Source of the DNA: Azolla caroliniana
Lineage: Eukaryota; Plantae; Polypodiophyta
Reading direction: 5' to 3'
NCBI GenBank assembly: GCA_043228905.1
Contig: JBHGNT010000009.1
Span: 10,354,001 to 10,418,000, forward strand
Length of the DNA stretch: 64,000 bases
Part shown: piece after piece, positions 25,813 to 38,500 of the stretch
How positions within the stretch are numbered: the stretch's first letter is position 1
Layout of the letters: each line of letters opens with the position of its first letter
The notes under the pieces: generated by a model
The model's input: only the letters and a program-made list of their open reading frames with translations
Database searches by the model: none
Told to the model about the DNA's origin: nothing
Position numbers and translations under genes: made by a program

Positions 25813-28165
25813 TTTCCCCCCTGAGAGAAACAAGGAGTTTTACGACATGGGGAAAGGACGAGTGCTAGAAGATGGGCTTGGGGTAACATAGGGCTTGATG
25901 CAGGCAACATGGGCGGAGGTGAATCAACCATTGGAATCGCGTCGGAGCAAGTAAGTTGTGGATTTGATTGCACGAACCAAGGTGAATGGGCCGATCCATC
26001 GGTGCATGAGTGATTCGTTGAGACCGCGTCGTCGGACCGGGAAGTAAACAAGGATTTTGGTTCCATCATCATAAGTCGGGGTAATTTGACCCACGTTGTA
26101 GTGTCGCTTTTGGCGTTGTTGTGCAACTTGTAGGTTTCGAGAGCTTGCTTATCGAAGGAGAGGTAGCAATTGTTGGAGATAGAGCCCCCAAGTGGCACAT
26201 CCACGTTGGTAGGTTTGGAATGGACGTCAATGGATAATTCTGGTGGGAGCCGAGGGTCACACCCATAGAGTGCTCGAAAAGGGTTGATCCGTGTTGACGC
26301 CTGAACGGATGTATTGTAGGCATGGGTGATGAAAGGCAAGATTTGATCACAGGTTTTGTGGCATGGATCGATGTAAGCGGCAATCTCCTGCTTGAGAGTC
26401 TTGTTGAGGCGTTCAATGAGGCCATTTGTTTGCGGATGGTATGGGGATGTAAACACCTGTTGGACACCTAGTTGAGTTGCAACCGCGTTGAGGACGTCCG
26501 CAAGGAACTGGCGGCCCTGATCAGATAAGAGTTGGACAGGGCAACCATGCTGAAAAATTACCTTGTGCAAAAGTTGGGATGCGATTGTTGGCGCAGTGAC
26601 GTCAGGGATGGCAACAGTTTCAGCCCATCTGGTGAGGTATTCTATTATGACCAGGATATACTTGTTGCCATTAGGGGTTTCGGGAAAAGGTCCCATGAAA
26701 TCCCATCCGACGAGCTCGAAAGGCGAAGTGACGGTGATGGGTTGGAGCGTTTCGGCGGGCTTGCTCGCAAGTTTGATGTGTTGACACAAAGCACATTGGT
26801 TGATGTAGGTAGAGACAGAGTGTCGCATGTTGGGCCAATAATATTTGAGACGTAATTTTTCAAGAACCTTGTGGAAACCCAGATGACCCGATAATGGGTG
26901 GTCGTGATAAAATTGGAGATACGTTTGTTGTAGGGTATGAGGGATGTAGAGACGCGGCTTGTGATGCTTATGAATGAAGAACACCAAGTTATTGCGGAGC
27001 ATGAACCGTCATTGTGAGGGAAATGGTTGGAGGGAGTACAACTGATGGGTTATCTCTTGGATGGCGGGGTCGTGTTGTTGAAGTGTAACGAGTTGTGGTA
27101 GTGGCAGTGGAAGGTCAAACGTCGTGGGTAGAAATTGGACAGCTTGGAAATCGGCACAAGAGAGACTATCGGCGACCAAATTGGTTACACCTTTTCGATA
27201 GGAGAGGGTAAACTGATCATCTTGAAGTGCCAACATCCATCGCAACAAGCGGTTCGGGGGGTGAGGTCGATGAATAAGAGAAAGTAAGGGTTGGTGGTCA
27301 ATCTCAACCGTAACCTGCCTACCATGAAGGTATGGGCGAAGACGTTGGAAAGACCAGACGATCGCAAGTAGTTCCTTCTTAGTGGTTGAGTAGTTCCGTT
27401 CAGTTGGCGTGAGAGTTCGGCTAATGAAGGCGACTGCCTTCTCTTGCCCATGGCAATCGGTTTGCAGGAGGACGGCTCCTAACCCATGGTTAGAGGCATC
27501 TGTCTGCAACGTAAACGGTTGGTCAAAGTTAGGATGGGCGAGCAACCCTGATTCTTGGACCAATATCCCGAGGCTAAGTCAAGGGAGGTGAAATAACAGG
27601 ATCCCCCGAGCTGATCCAAGAGGTCGTCCACGCGAGGGAGCGGGTAGAGGTCATGGATCGTCACTTTGTTGAGAGGCCTAAAGTCGATGCACAAGCGGAA
27701 GGTGCCATCATCCTTCTTGACGAGGTGGGGTTCCAAAACCCAATCGTTGGTGGAAGGAATGATAATACCTTTGGTGAGCATATCAGTGACGGCAACATCG
27801 ATGTGATCGTGGTCGAGGGGGGAATGTCGGCGTGTAGCCATGCGGATGGGAGTGGCATCCCCGGTACGAATGACATGTTGTAGCGGGAAAGAGACAGTAG
27901 CGGCATGTGTGGGTTGGGGGGCTAGTGACGGAAAACGAGCCAACAATTTGTGGATGGAGATTAACCACTACTTGGGACTGAGGGCCACTTGGACTTGGCT
28001 GAGGTGGGGGACATGGGGGCTATCGTGTAGGAGGGGGATAGGGGGAGCTTGTGGGACAATTAGTTTGTGATCCTCGAAATCAATCATAGCGCGACGCTTG
28101 AGGAGCCAATTGCAACCTAGGGTGAGGGGGAAGAGTTGGTGGGGCAAGACATAAAAGTGGTGTGA
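25544..28165 (-). mobile_element. Ty3/gypsy retrotransposon, 5'-truncated (protease end, RT with internal deletion, RNase H, integrase, PPT, 3' LTR)
   Basis: [29 protein letters not shown] jumps directly to RNase H ([16 protein letters not shown]). Integrase with HHCC, WDFMGP, SDQG, YHPQTNG. PPT agggggga then TGTGG..TCACA LTR. Confidence 0.92.
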
Positions 28166-28169
28166 GAAT

Positions 28170-31013
28170 GTGAGAGTGCCTAAAGAAGTATCCTACCGGC
28201 ATCTGAAGGTGTTCGGGTGTCTCGCGTACGTGCATGTAGCTAAGGACCGGAGAGGAAAGTTAGATCCAAAGACCCAACCATGCATATTCCTCGGTTACGG
28301 TGACGATGAGTTCGGCTACCGAGTGTGGGACCTGGTCGACAAGAAGGTATTCTGGAGTCGAGATATTATCTTCATGGAGGACAAAACGCTCGCCGACTTC
28401 GGAGAAGAAGATAATGAACTCCGAGTTGACCGGTAAGGATCGACTCTACGATGAACAGTCCCAACCGGTAAGAGACCGGTTAGCACTCGAGGGACCAGCC
28501 AGTTACAGTGAGGATACCGAACAGGCTGAAGAAGAAGTAGAGGAAGTTGAAACCGGAACCGGCCAAGACCCCGAATCGGATTCGGATGAAGAGCAAATGG
28601 AGGAGCCGGTTACCGAAGCCCGAAGACAGAGATATCCTCTCAGAGAGAGAAGGGCGCCTCAGAGATTTCCGGATGCAGAGCATGTTCTGCTGACCGATGA
28701 GGGGGAGCCGGAAAGCTTCGAAGAAGCGAAGGATGATACCCACAACCGCAAATGGTTAAGTGCCATGTAGGATGAGATGGATTCCTTGCATGAGAACCAT
28801 ACGTACGAATTGGTGGAGTTGCCGAAAGGAAAGCGGGCACTCCGAAACAAGTGGGTGTACAAGTTGAAACCGGGAGATGCCGGCAACCCCCCGAGATACA
28901 AAGCCAGGATCGTTGTGAAGGGGTTCCAGCAAAAGAAGGGCATGGACTTCGACGAGATATTTGCCCCGGTAGTAAAGATGACCTCCATCCAGATGGTGCT
29001 GAGTATAGCGGCAAGCATGGACCTCGAGGTAGAGCAGCTGGATGTGAAGACGACATTCCTTCACGGCGACCTCAAAGAGGAGATCTACATGCAGCAACCG
29101 GAAGGATTCGTGGAGAAAGGGAAGAAGCACCTGGTATGCCGGCTGAAGAAGAGCCTGTACGGACTAAAGCAGGCTCCCCGATAATGGTACCGGAAGTTTG
29201 ATTCCTTCATGACCGATCAAGGGTACCACAAGACGCAGGCCGATCACTGCGTGTTTGTGAAGAAGTTCGAAGGAGGCGACTTCCTGATACTCCTTCTGTA
29301 CGTGGACGACATGTTGATCGTCAGACGGGACCAAGCCAAAATACGGATGCTGAAGAAGGCTCTCAACCGAACCTTCTCAATGAAAGACTTGGGTCCGGCA
29401 AGATAGATGTTGGGGATGCATATTATCCAGAACCGGTCAGTGAAGCAATTATGGTTGTCACAGGAGAAGTACGTGACAAAGGTGTTTCACCGATTCAACA
29501 TGTCGGATGCGAAACCGGTCGGATCGACACTTCCGGCAAACTGCAGGTTATCCGGTGAGCAAAGCCCGAAGACGAAAGCAGAGAAGGCGGATATGATGAA
29601 GATTCCATATGCCTCTGCCGTCGGGAGCTTAATGTACGCAATGGTGTGTACCCGACCGGATATAGGATACGCAGTCGGAGTGGTGAGTCGGTTTATGAGT
29701 AATCCCGGCAAGGAGCACTGGAACGCGGTCAAATGGATACTCCGGTATTTGAAAGGCACTTCGCATATGTGTCTCCGATTCGGTTCCGGAAAACCTCAAC
29801 TTGACGGTTTCACCGATTCGGACATGTCGGCTGATGTGGATACCAGCCGGTCTACATCCGAGTACGTAATGACATATGCAGGGGGAGCTGTTTCGTGGCA
29901 GTCGAGGCTGCAGAAGACGGTTGCATTGTCAACCACGGAGGCGGAGTACATGGCGGCTGTGGAAGCCGGCAAGGAAATATTATGGATGAAGGACTTCATC
30001 GGAGAGCTCAGTATCCGGCAAGATGAATACCGACTCTATTGCGACAGTCAAAGTGCCATCCACCTTGCTAAGAATGCGGCCTACCATTCCCAGACGAAGC
30101 ATATCCAGCGAAGGTATCACTGGATCCGGGAAAGAGTAGATGACCAGGAGTTCACACTGACGAAGATCCACACGGCCGAGAAGGGTCAGATATGCTGACC
30201 AAAGTGTTGATACCCGACAAGCTGGATGCATGCCGGAAGAGGATCGGACTAGTAAGACACCCCATGCCGGAGTGAAGGGGGAGTTTGTTGGGAGACAGGT
30301 CCCTCCGGATGGGAAGGGAGAAGAACAATGCTGATAAGCAAACTCGGCCGAGGCCGAAACCGGATAAGGAGTACCCGGCTACGGAGAGCCGGATGGTGCA
30401 GACCCGGATGAGAACCGGATGAGGAGTACCCAGCTACGGAGAGCCGGATGGTGCAGACCCGGTGAGAACCGAATGAGGAGTACCCGGCTACGAAGAGCCG
30501 GATGGTGCAGACCCGGTGAGAACCGGATGAGGAGTACCCGGCTAAGGAGAGTCGGATGGTGCAGACCCGATGAGGAGTGCTCACCGTATGAAGAGACATA
30601 TTAGTAAATATGTTTATGAGAGTCCATCATGGCTATATTTGTAAATAGCCGAAAAGTCATATTAGTATAAATATGACTTAGGGCAAACTTTTAGTTGTTG
30701 TTATTCTTGTTGGTGCAAGGAGAGAGAGAGCGCGGAACTGTGTACAGAGAGAGAGAGAGAGAAAGAGGTCGTTGCCTCTGTTGTAACCGCCGCCTGTGGC
30801 GAGGATCGTGAGCATGAGGTCGTTGCCTCCGTGAACTCACTGTTGTACATTCTAGCATAGTGATAGTTTGCAGCCTGTGGGCTGCCGTGGTTTTTCCCTT
30901 AGTTTGGGTTTTCCACGTAAACATCCTGCGTACTCGTCTCTTCTCTTGTGTCGTGCATTCATTCCCGTTTTCTGTGTATGATTTTAAGCTCGGTTGTGGC
31001 CGAGCATTGCGCA
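28170..31013 (+). mobile_element. Tork-like copia 3' half (integrase C-term, RT, RNase H, PPT, 3' LTR 30286-~31013)
   Basis: [63 protein letters not shown] gagtgaagggggag then tgttgggagacagg. Several in-frame stops. Confidence 0.95.
30358..30578. repeat. 54 bp tandem repeat, ~4 copies, in LTR U3
   Basis: Unit aaccggatgaggagtacccggctacggagagccggatggtgcagacccggtgag. Confidence 0.95.
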
Positions 31014-32550
31014 TAAGGAGCCTTGAGTTCTCGTCAAGACTAAACACCTCGTACCAACTCCGGATAGGCTCGAACTCAACGCTGAAACTACCAAAGAGGC
31101 AATGAATACTCTCCGGGTCAAGTATGAAATGGTCGAAGAGCGCGTATAGACATTAATTACAAAGCATCGACAGAAGTTAAATCTAAAGGTTGAAGGGGCA
31201 CTCGCTTGTGGTTGGAAAGAGTGGTCAACTCAACCAGCCAAGTTACAATTCTTCCGAGCAGATGCTGAGAACCGAAAAAAGGAGGGTCGTGGATTTTACA
31301 AAATGGTCGAAAATAGCATTCAGATTCTCCCCGAAGACCTCACCGAGGAATTCCAAGCCTTGGCACGCACACATAGCATGGCCATCGGAAACCTCCTTGA
31401 GGAATTGAATGATGATCAACTGTTGCTCGCCATTGAAATAGAAGGATATGAACGCGAGCGCCTCTGAGCCGAGAAGGAAGCCAAAGCCACGACACAAGCT
31501 TGTCACATCTTCTACTTTCATCAATAGAAGTGTTGCAACACAAGAGATGAAAGTAGAAGATGTGACGCGCCCGAATTAGGAGATCAAACTGATGGTCGAA
31601 CATGACACAGAGCCAAAGCAAGAAGAGGTGGCTCCAAAAGCTATGGCTGAGGTTACAGACCAATGGCTAGGTTTATCGGTTGAGCTTCCCCTAGACGAGC
31701 CGAAGCAGGAGGAGGCAACTCAACCAGACAACGCCTAAGAGGTCGATCCGGAATTGGCAAACCAAGGGCTAGATCTTTTGGCCACGCTCAAACCGGACGA
31801 GCCAGGACAAGAGGAGGGCCTTCAAGAAATTTTGGAAGAAGAATAGTGTATCATAAAATATTTTCCCGATTCTTCCATTATGGATGGCAATAATTTCAAT
31901 TTTTCAATTTCTTTGGTTGATTTTTGGGTTCGACGTGCAAGGCACTGTCCCAGGGCGTGCCAGGTGTTATCTGTGGGATAATAAGACAAAGGTGTGAAAA
32001 GGATCGGAATAGTAAAGTGTGAAAGGGGATGAGTAGGTTAAGTGCGAAAAGATAAAAGAAGTCGAGCACTAACAGCTGAAGGGAAAAGTAACTGAAATAC
32101 AAGCAGCCGAAAACATAGACCGAGGATCAGGAGAGTAGTTGGAACACGCCGATGAAGGAAAGAGCTATATAACGCATGAAGGGGACAAGAAGGAGGGAGA
32201 CATAAGATATATCTTTTTCAAGCTAGAGTGACTAAGCCAAGTCAAAGTGAGTGTTACCAATTATACTCGGGTTGTACTACCATTGTATTATCCATTCAAT
32301 AGTCAATTACGTATATTTTTTGGGTCCGTCTCTGTGCTTGTCTCGTGTTCAATTCCATTTCCAATTGTGTTATCTCTTCTATAAGTCGTGAGTACGAATC
32401 CGTTGTAGTCGATTCTCAGAGTGTCCAACCAGAAGGGTGTAATGTTTCGCTCCCCCCTACTCGCCCCACCTTAGTCTCTTACGCAATCACGATTCCTTGA
32501 TCCAATTACTCAGGAGGAGTAATCGAAGGTGTTCCCTAAGAAGGGAGTAA
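31014..32550 (+). mobile_element. Possible remnant of another LTR element (decayed acidic ORF followed by LTR-like segment)
   Basis: Broken reading ..ELPLDEPKQEE..EGLQEILEEE*, then a TATA-containing segment ending gtaaca. No domain recognised. Confidence 0.3.
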
Positions 32551-32918
32551 CAATTAGGTAATGTCATGGCAAGATTTGCTCGGTTTAGAAATTACAATGT
32601 CTGGGTTGGAAAAAATTTATTTGCCTAAGTTAGATGTGACAAAGGCTAGTCATAGTTTAGTTGGTTTTTAGGTGTGCGTATTTTGTGGATAAAGATCTAA
32701 CAATGTAGATCACATGTGCCTTTCAAAATGCCTCGTGCATCGTCAGTTACTGTGGTTTCCTCGCCAGGACTCTTTATTATTTGGTTGCAAATAGAAACGT
32801 CGATATATATAGATACATACATACACACAAACACACACACATGCATGCATGCATAGACTTATGCATGCATTGTATTGTGGGTGCGTGCATTTTGATAATG
32901 AGTTCCCTTCTTCGCCCA

Positions 32919-33251
32919 CTCGTTCATGAGTTGTGTGTGTGTGTGTTCCAATGGTTTGGGATGGTCACACGATATTTATGTTGAAATATGAGAGAGGCGT
33001 AGTCTTTGTCTCTTATACCATCCCATGATGGACACCCACAAACTTTGAATCTTGGTCACTTGCATGTATGCATATGCTCGTTCATGAGTTTTTGTGTGTG
33101 TGTGTGTGTGTGTGCATTCCAATGGTTTGGGATGGTCACAATGACATTGTGCTGAAATATAAGAGAGGAGTTGTCTCCATTTGTTTTGCTATCTCATGCA
33201 TGGATGGATGTCTTCAAGATTTGAATCTCGGTCACTTGCATGTATGCATAT
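32919..33251. repeat. ~160 bp diverged tandem duplication containing (GT)n
   Basis: ctcgttcatgagtt(gt)n..ttccaatggtttgggatggtcaca..ggtcacttgcatgtatgcatat twice. Confidence 0.8.
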
Positions 33252-33924
33252 CAGGGAAAAGGAAGGGGGGTGATGGTGATGCTTACTACAAAGGGAACAA
33301 AAGGTCTCTCAATACAAACCTAAGTAACTCATGACCTATTTCTTGTTTTTAAGTAAGAATAAATCATGTCATAGGAATCTAGAGCATCATAAACTTGTGT
33401 TAAATGAATGAAAAATATTCACTAATCCCATTCAATCTAGTGGTAAGAACCATGCCCCATCTATGCAATGGCATAATAACATGCATCTACCTTCCTAGAT
33501 GAAACATAAAAAGCACTTTCTATCTAACACTTTTTCATCGAGCCATTCTTTGAATAACCAAGTTCTAGTTAAAAAATGATAGCATGTCTGAATGCAAATA
33601 ACACTTCGAAAGAGTTGTTGAGGATACATATTCATCGATCAATTCAAGGTGCCCTCTCGCCATCAAATACTTTTGAAATGTCCCCCACCCCAACCTTGTT
33701 TTGCCTGTACTCATCTCGTGAAGAAGAAGAAGAAGGATGCTGAGATGAGTTGTAGGTTTTGATCGAAATTTATAAGAGCATTAGTTGCACGTGGGGGCCA
33801 CCATGGCATTAGTCTTAGCCACTTAGATGTCCGAGTAAACCAATCAATAAATAGATTTATGGAACTAATTGAGGTTAAGAGCAAATTAGAGATAAAAAGT
33901 CAATTGGAAGGAAAATAGAGAAAG

Positions 33925-34745
33925 GACCTATGAGACCAAAATATTACATTTCACGTGATACATGTGAAAGTTAGTAGCGACTCTTGATGTTCAAGAACTT
34001 TACCAATGAATGTTGTAATCGAAAGTGCACATTGTGGTTGTGCAAGAATTTCGTGCAAGGATTGGGCTTGATCGAAGATGTGTGGAAAGCATGATCGAAT
34101 ATAACCAAAGGCTGAGCATTGTATTCAAAGTGTGATACTCAAACTCTCGAACTTGTTTAGGGCAAAGTGTGCATAGTCGACTACTCTCATCACTTGCACC
34201 CCAATGCCCCATCTCACATCGCAATGCATTTGAGCTAAGTTGCATGGACCCAATGGTTTGAATTACAAACGACGGGATGGGCTCTAACATGTAACAATGT
34301 GTATAGTTTTCCCGTTTTTCGAAGAATATGGTTTTGTAGTTAGGTGCAACATGTGTAGTATAATGTGTGAAGCGTAAGCCCCCACATTTGTCCCATGTCA
34401 TGATACATTGGTGTTGCAAAAATCCCTCATTTACAAAGGAATGTAGTGATGCATCATGAAACAAATGTGTTGCATCCCATCTACCAAACCATTTTTCCAT
34501 ATCTTGCATCCAATTAGAACACACAAATTTTCTTTTATGTGTCTTTTGGATCTTTTTGCTTGCTTACCATGCAAATTCTAGAAAGTCGATGCAAGGGACT
34601 TTTTTGAACCTTAAGCATGTATTTAACAACCCTTTACAATGCCGTGATCTCAATGGGAAGTGATCCTGTCTTAAGGGAGAGGAGGGTGTATGACATTTGT
34701 TCTTAACTTATAGAAACTTTGTAAGAGAATGTTTTTGGACATTTT
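33925..34745 (-). mobile_element. LINE 3' fragment, same family as 55200-56345
   Basis: Colinear and similar to 55254-56075; SSNALRCEMGHW..RLCTLCPKQVREFEYH. Confidence 0.9.
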
Positions 34746-35389
34746 TAACAAGTGGATTTAGGGATTTCTTGAGAGAGAGATTATAGAATTAGAATTTTTA
34801 TCGTCCATAAAGAGGCCAATTTTGACCTATGGGACCAGAGTATACATATGTTCTTGATATGTGTCTCCTTCCTAAGAAGGGGTATTCATACATTGAAGCA
34901 CAAAGTCAACATGTGTGAATAAAAAGCAATAAACATATGAGCTCAACCTTCTAGGTGGTGTCTTAAGAATGGCACTTAAGCTATCACTCCCTCTTAGTAT
35001 GTCAACATAACTTGAACGAATTGCGCTATGTATATGTCGAGCATGGGAAGAGCAAGTGACATTCATCCTCTACCATACTTTCTTTTCTTTACATGTCTTC
35101 AAATTCGTTACTAGTCGACAAAGCAAGAGCGAATAATAATAATAATAATAATAATAATTAATCGAACAAAAAAAAGAAAAACAAATGCAAAACTTGGAGA
35201 CTGTGACGAGCGCTCTCTGTCTCTCTGTCTCTCTAGAGAGAGAGTGTGCGTGTCAGAGAAGAGAGAGATAGAGAGAGGGAAGGGAGTGTGTGTGTGTGTG
35301 TGTCTCTCTCTCTCTCCCTGAGTTTCCGACGAAGACGAAGAAGAAGACGAAGAAGAAGAAGAAGAAGGAAGAAAGCATAGGAGCTGAGA

Positions 35390-35542
35390 ATGAGCGACGA
35401 CGATGACGACGCGAAGCAGCATCAGAAAAAGAGGAAGAGAAGACTGAAGATTTCTGCAGTCCAAGAAGGAGAAGGAGACGACAGATTTTCTCCAGCTGCA
35501 ATGACAGAGCTTCCTTTAGAACCTGCATCTGTGGTTCCTTGA
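35390..35542 (+). other. Upstream ORF (50 aa) ahead of the bromodomain gene
   Basis: ATG 35390 to TGA 35542: MSDDDDDAKQHQKKRKRRLKISAVQEGEGDDRFSPAAMTELPLEPASVVP. Different frame from main ATG 35583. Confidence 0.55.
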
Positions 35543-35582
35543 CGAATAAGCAGCAGCAGAAGAATAGTTTTTCTCAGTGGCA

Positions 35583-38500
35583 ATGGCGAAGCTTCCTCTA
35601 GAACTTCCATCTCCGGATCATACTCCGGCTTCCCCTTGGAGTACCTGGGAAGACCTTCTGTTAGCCAGCGCTGTTTTGAAGCACGGAACCTGCAATTGGG
35701 ATATGGTGTCCTCAGAACTCCGATCCAGAGCTTTCTTTCCATCTTCTCTTTCTCTCTTCTCTGCAGAGGTACTCCATCATCATCATCGTCTTCTGTTTAT
35801 GCAGACTTTACAGCGTTAATCAAACTTTTCTTTCTTATTTCTTCTCTCAGGCTTGTAAATGCAGATTCTGGATCCTCAATGGACGCTTCTCTAGTCTTGA
35901 TCGCTCTAAAACAGTGTACATGCTTCTATCCTTTGATTTGCTTTCATTTTGATGAAATAGACCAGTTGTTTGCCTAAGTAGTAAATAAAATAGGCTCTGC
36001 TTTGTTCTCATTTTGATAAAAGCATTTGTGTCAGCAAATTAAGCAAGAAAATTCTGAAAAGCAAACTGGCCAAGGAGAGTCTGATTTGTTAGCATTTTGA
36101 TTTCACGTAACTTCGTTTCTCTCTCATTTTGATAAGCAACTAGTTGTTCAAAAAATTAATCAAGTCAATTCTAATTTGTTTTGCACTTCAGTTGTTTGTT
36201 TAACAAATTAAGAAAGCAGCATTGTTTATTCAACGAATTGAGCAATCAAATTCTCATTTGTTTGTGTACTGATCATCAACTAGGGAGCACATATTCCAAT
36301 TTGTTTGCATTTTGATCAACTACTTGCCTCTTAATTAAAGTAAGCAATCAGACTCTGTTTCTATTAATTTTTACTATTTTTTTAACACATCCAGCAAGAA
36401 ATCTAGTTCTCTCATTTTGATCCCCAACTGGCTGTAGGTTCAACAAATTAAGCAGAAAGATTCTGATTCTCTCTCATTTTGATCATAATCATCTCTAGTC
36501 ACTGCTTCTGATTTGGTCTCATTTTCATCTTCAGCTAGGTTTTGATACTGATTCATTCTGATATTAACAATTCAGTAGGTGTTCAACAAATTGAGCAAGG
36601 GGATTCTTATCTGTTCATATTTTGATCATGACTAGTTGTTTGCTCAACAAAACAAAGACACAGATTCTGATTTGTTCTCATTTTCATCATCAAGATGTTG
36701 TTGCACTCCAAATTAAGCAAGCAGATTCTGACTTTGTTCCCATTTTGATCATCTGCTTGTTTGCTAAAAAATTAAGCAGCCTAAGATTCTGATTTGTTCT
36801 CATTTTCATCATCAAGAAGTTGTTGCACTCCAAATTAAGCAAGCAGATTCTGACTTTGTTCCCATTTTGATCATCTACTTGTTTGCTCAAAAATTAAGCA
36901 GCCTAATATTCTGATTTGTTCTCATTTTTAGTAACAATTGATTGTTGATTTGTAATTTTCAGCACTTAGATGATCAATTAGTTGTTTGCTTAACAAACCA
37001 AACAAACAGATTCTCATTGGTTCTTCTTTGATCATCAAGTAATTTTTTTCCCAACATTTTAAACTGCCAGATTCTGTCAAATTGTTTTCTCATTTTCATC
37101 AACTAAATGCTTGTTCAACAAATTTAGCGAGCAGATTCAGATTTATTCTGATTCATGTTCAGCAGATCAAACAAGCATATTTAATTGTTGATCTTAGAAC
37201 AATCAAACAATAATAATATTATTTAGCACAATGAAATTTTTTTTACTCTAGAAGAACTAGAGGATAGCCATCTTCCCTCGTGTCAGAAAAATTCTGCCTT
37301 ATTGAGTTTTTATCAACGAGACACTGTAAATGAGTTTGTTTCACATGCCATGTCTCATATAATGTTTTGAATACTGCAATTGTAGCGACCAAATCTTAAC
37401 ATATCTGGAATGAATGCTGGAAACAAGCAAAACTCTGCTATATAACCTTTTATCTCACTAACGGCATATTACAATTGAAACTCATGTTATGTATTTGGAC
37501 GCATGGCTGCAATATTGAAAATCTTATTAGCATTTTGATATTGTTTCCAATATATACATTTTCAAATCCTCAAATCAAATTTCGTTTTTGATCTGACGGT
37601 GAACAGGGGTGGCAATATTCCATGGTTTGAGGAGGTCCGGAAGCTTCGGATTACTCAACTGAAAAGGGAACTTGAACAGTATGATGGGTCTATTGAGTGA
37701 GAACTTAGAATCTCATAAGTTTTTTTACATCTGTAAATGATAATGCACCATAACTAATGGTTTTTTGTTTGTTTGGCTATCTTTTATTTTCTCTCAGATT
37801 GTTGCAGAAGAAATTGAAACAGTTACAAGCAGAATGTGCTGAATTTCAAGCAGCAACAGCAGCTGAGGAGTTAGCCAAAGAAGGCAATGTGATCAAGCAA
37901 AACTGCAATTTCACCCAGAGAGTTACTGAACTTCGTTCTGAAAATGATGTTGCTAAAGTGGTGGACCAAGTCAGAGATTCTGATCCAAGTCAAGAAGGAC
38001 TATCAAAATGTTTAAATGGTAATCAGAAAATGTCCCTAATCAGGAAAACCTCTGATCTTTCAAAAACATATGGTATGGTAAGCTTATTGATAACCATGAA
38101 CAATGAAGCACAAGAAGAGTTGGGGGATCAAGTTTCGTCTTGCAGAAGTCCTTTGGAAAATAAGATAGGTCATTCCAATAACGAAGATGCTAGGCATGGA
38201 GACTCATGTAGAATTGCTGCAGTAGAAACCGGTGCATCATGTTACAACGAAGAGAATGTGGCCAATGAATTAGATGCTGCTATTATGGTGAAAGAACCAT
38301 CTAAGGGAGATTCTGGTCAGCATAGCACTTCAGAGGGATGTGTGTCTATGAACCCTATCAGCAACCCAGTGCTCGAAGAATCGATTGATTGTGGATCTGA
38401 AAATATGAATGGCTCACTGTTGACTGTGGGGCCAATCTCTAATCATGCAAGTAGCTTGTCCAACATTAATGAGTCTATTGATAATGGATCTGGAGAAATA

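Noticed and set aside
30358-30578. Regular repeats resembling a CRISPR array
   Set aside because: Head-to-tail 54-mers with no unique spacers, inside a plant LTR; no cas genes.
33400-33720. Possible Ulp1-like protease remnant (minus strand)
   Set aside because: Too degenerate to support.
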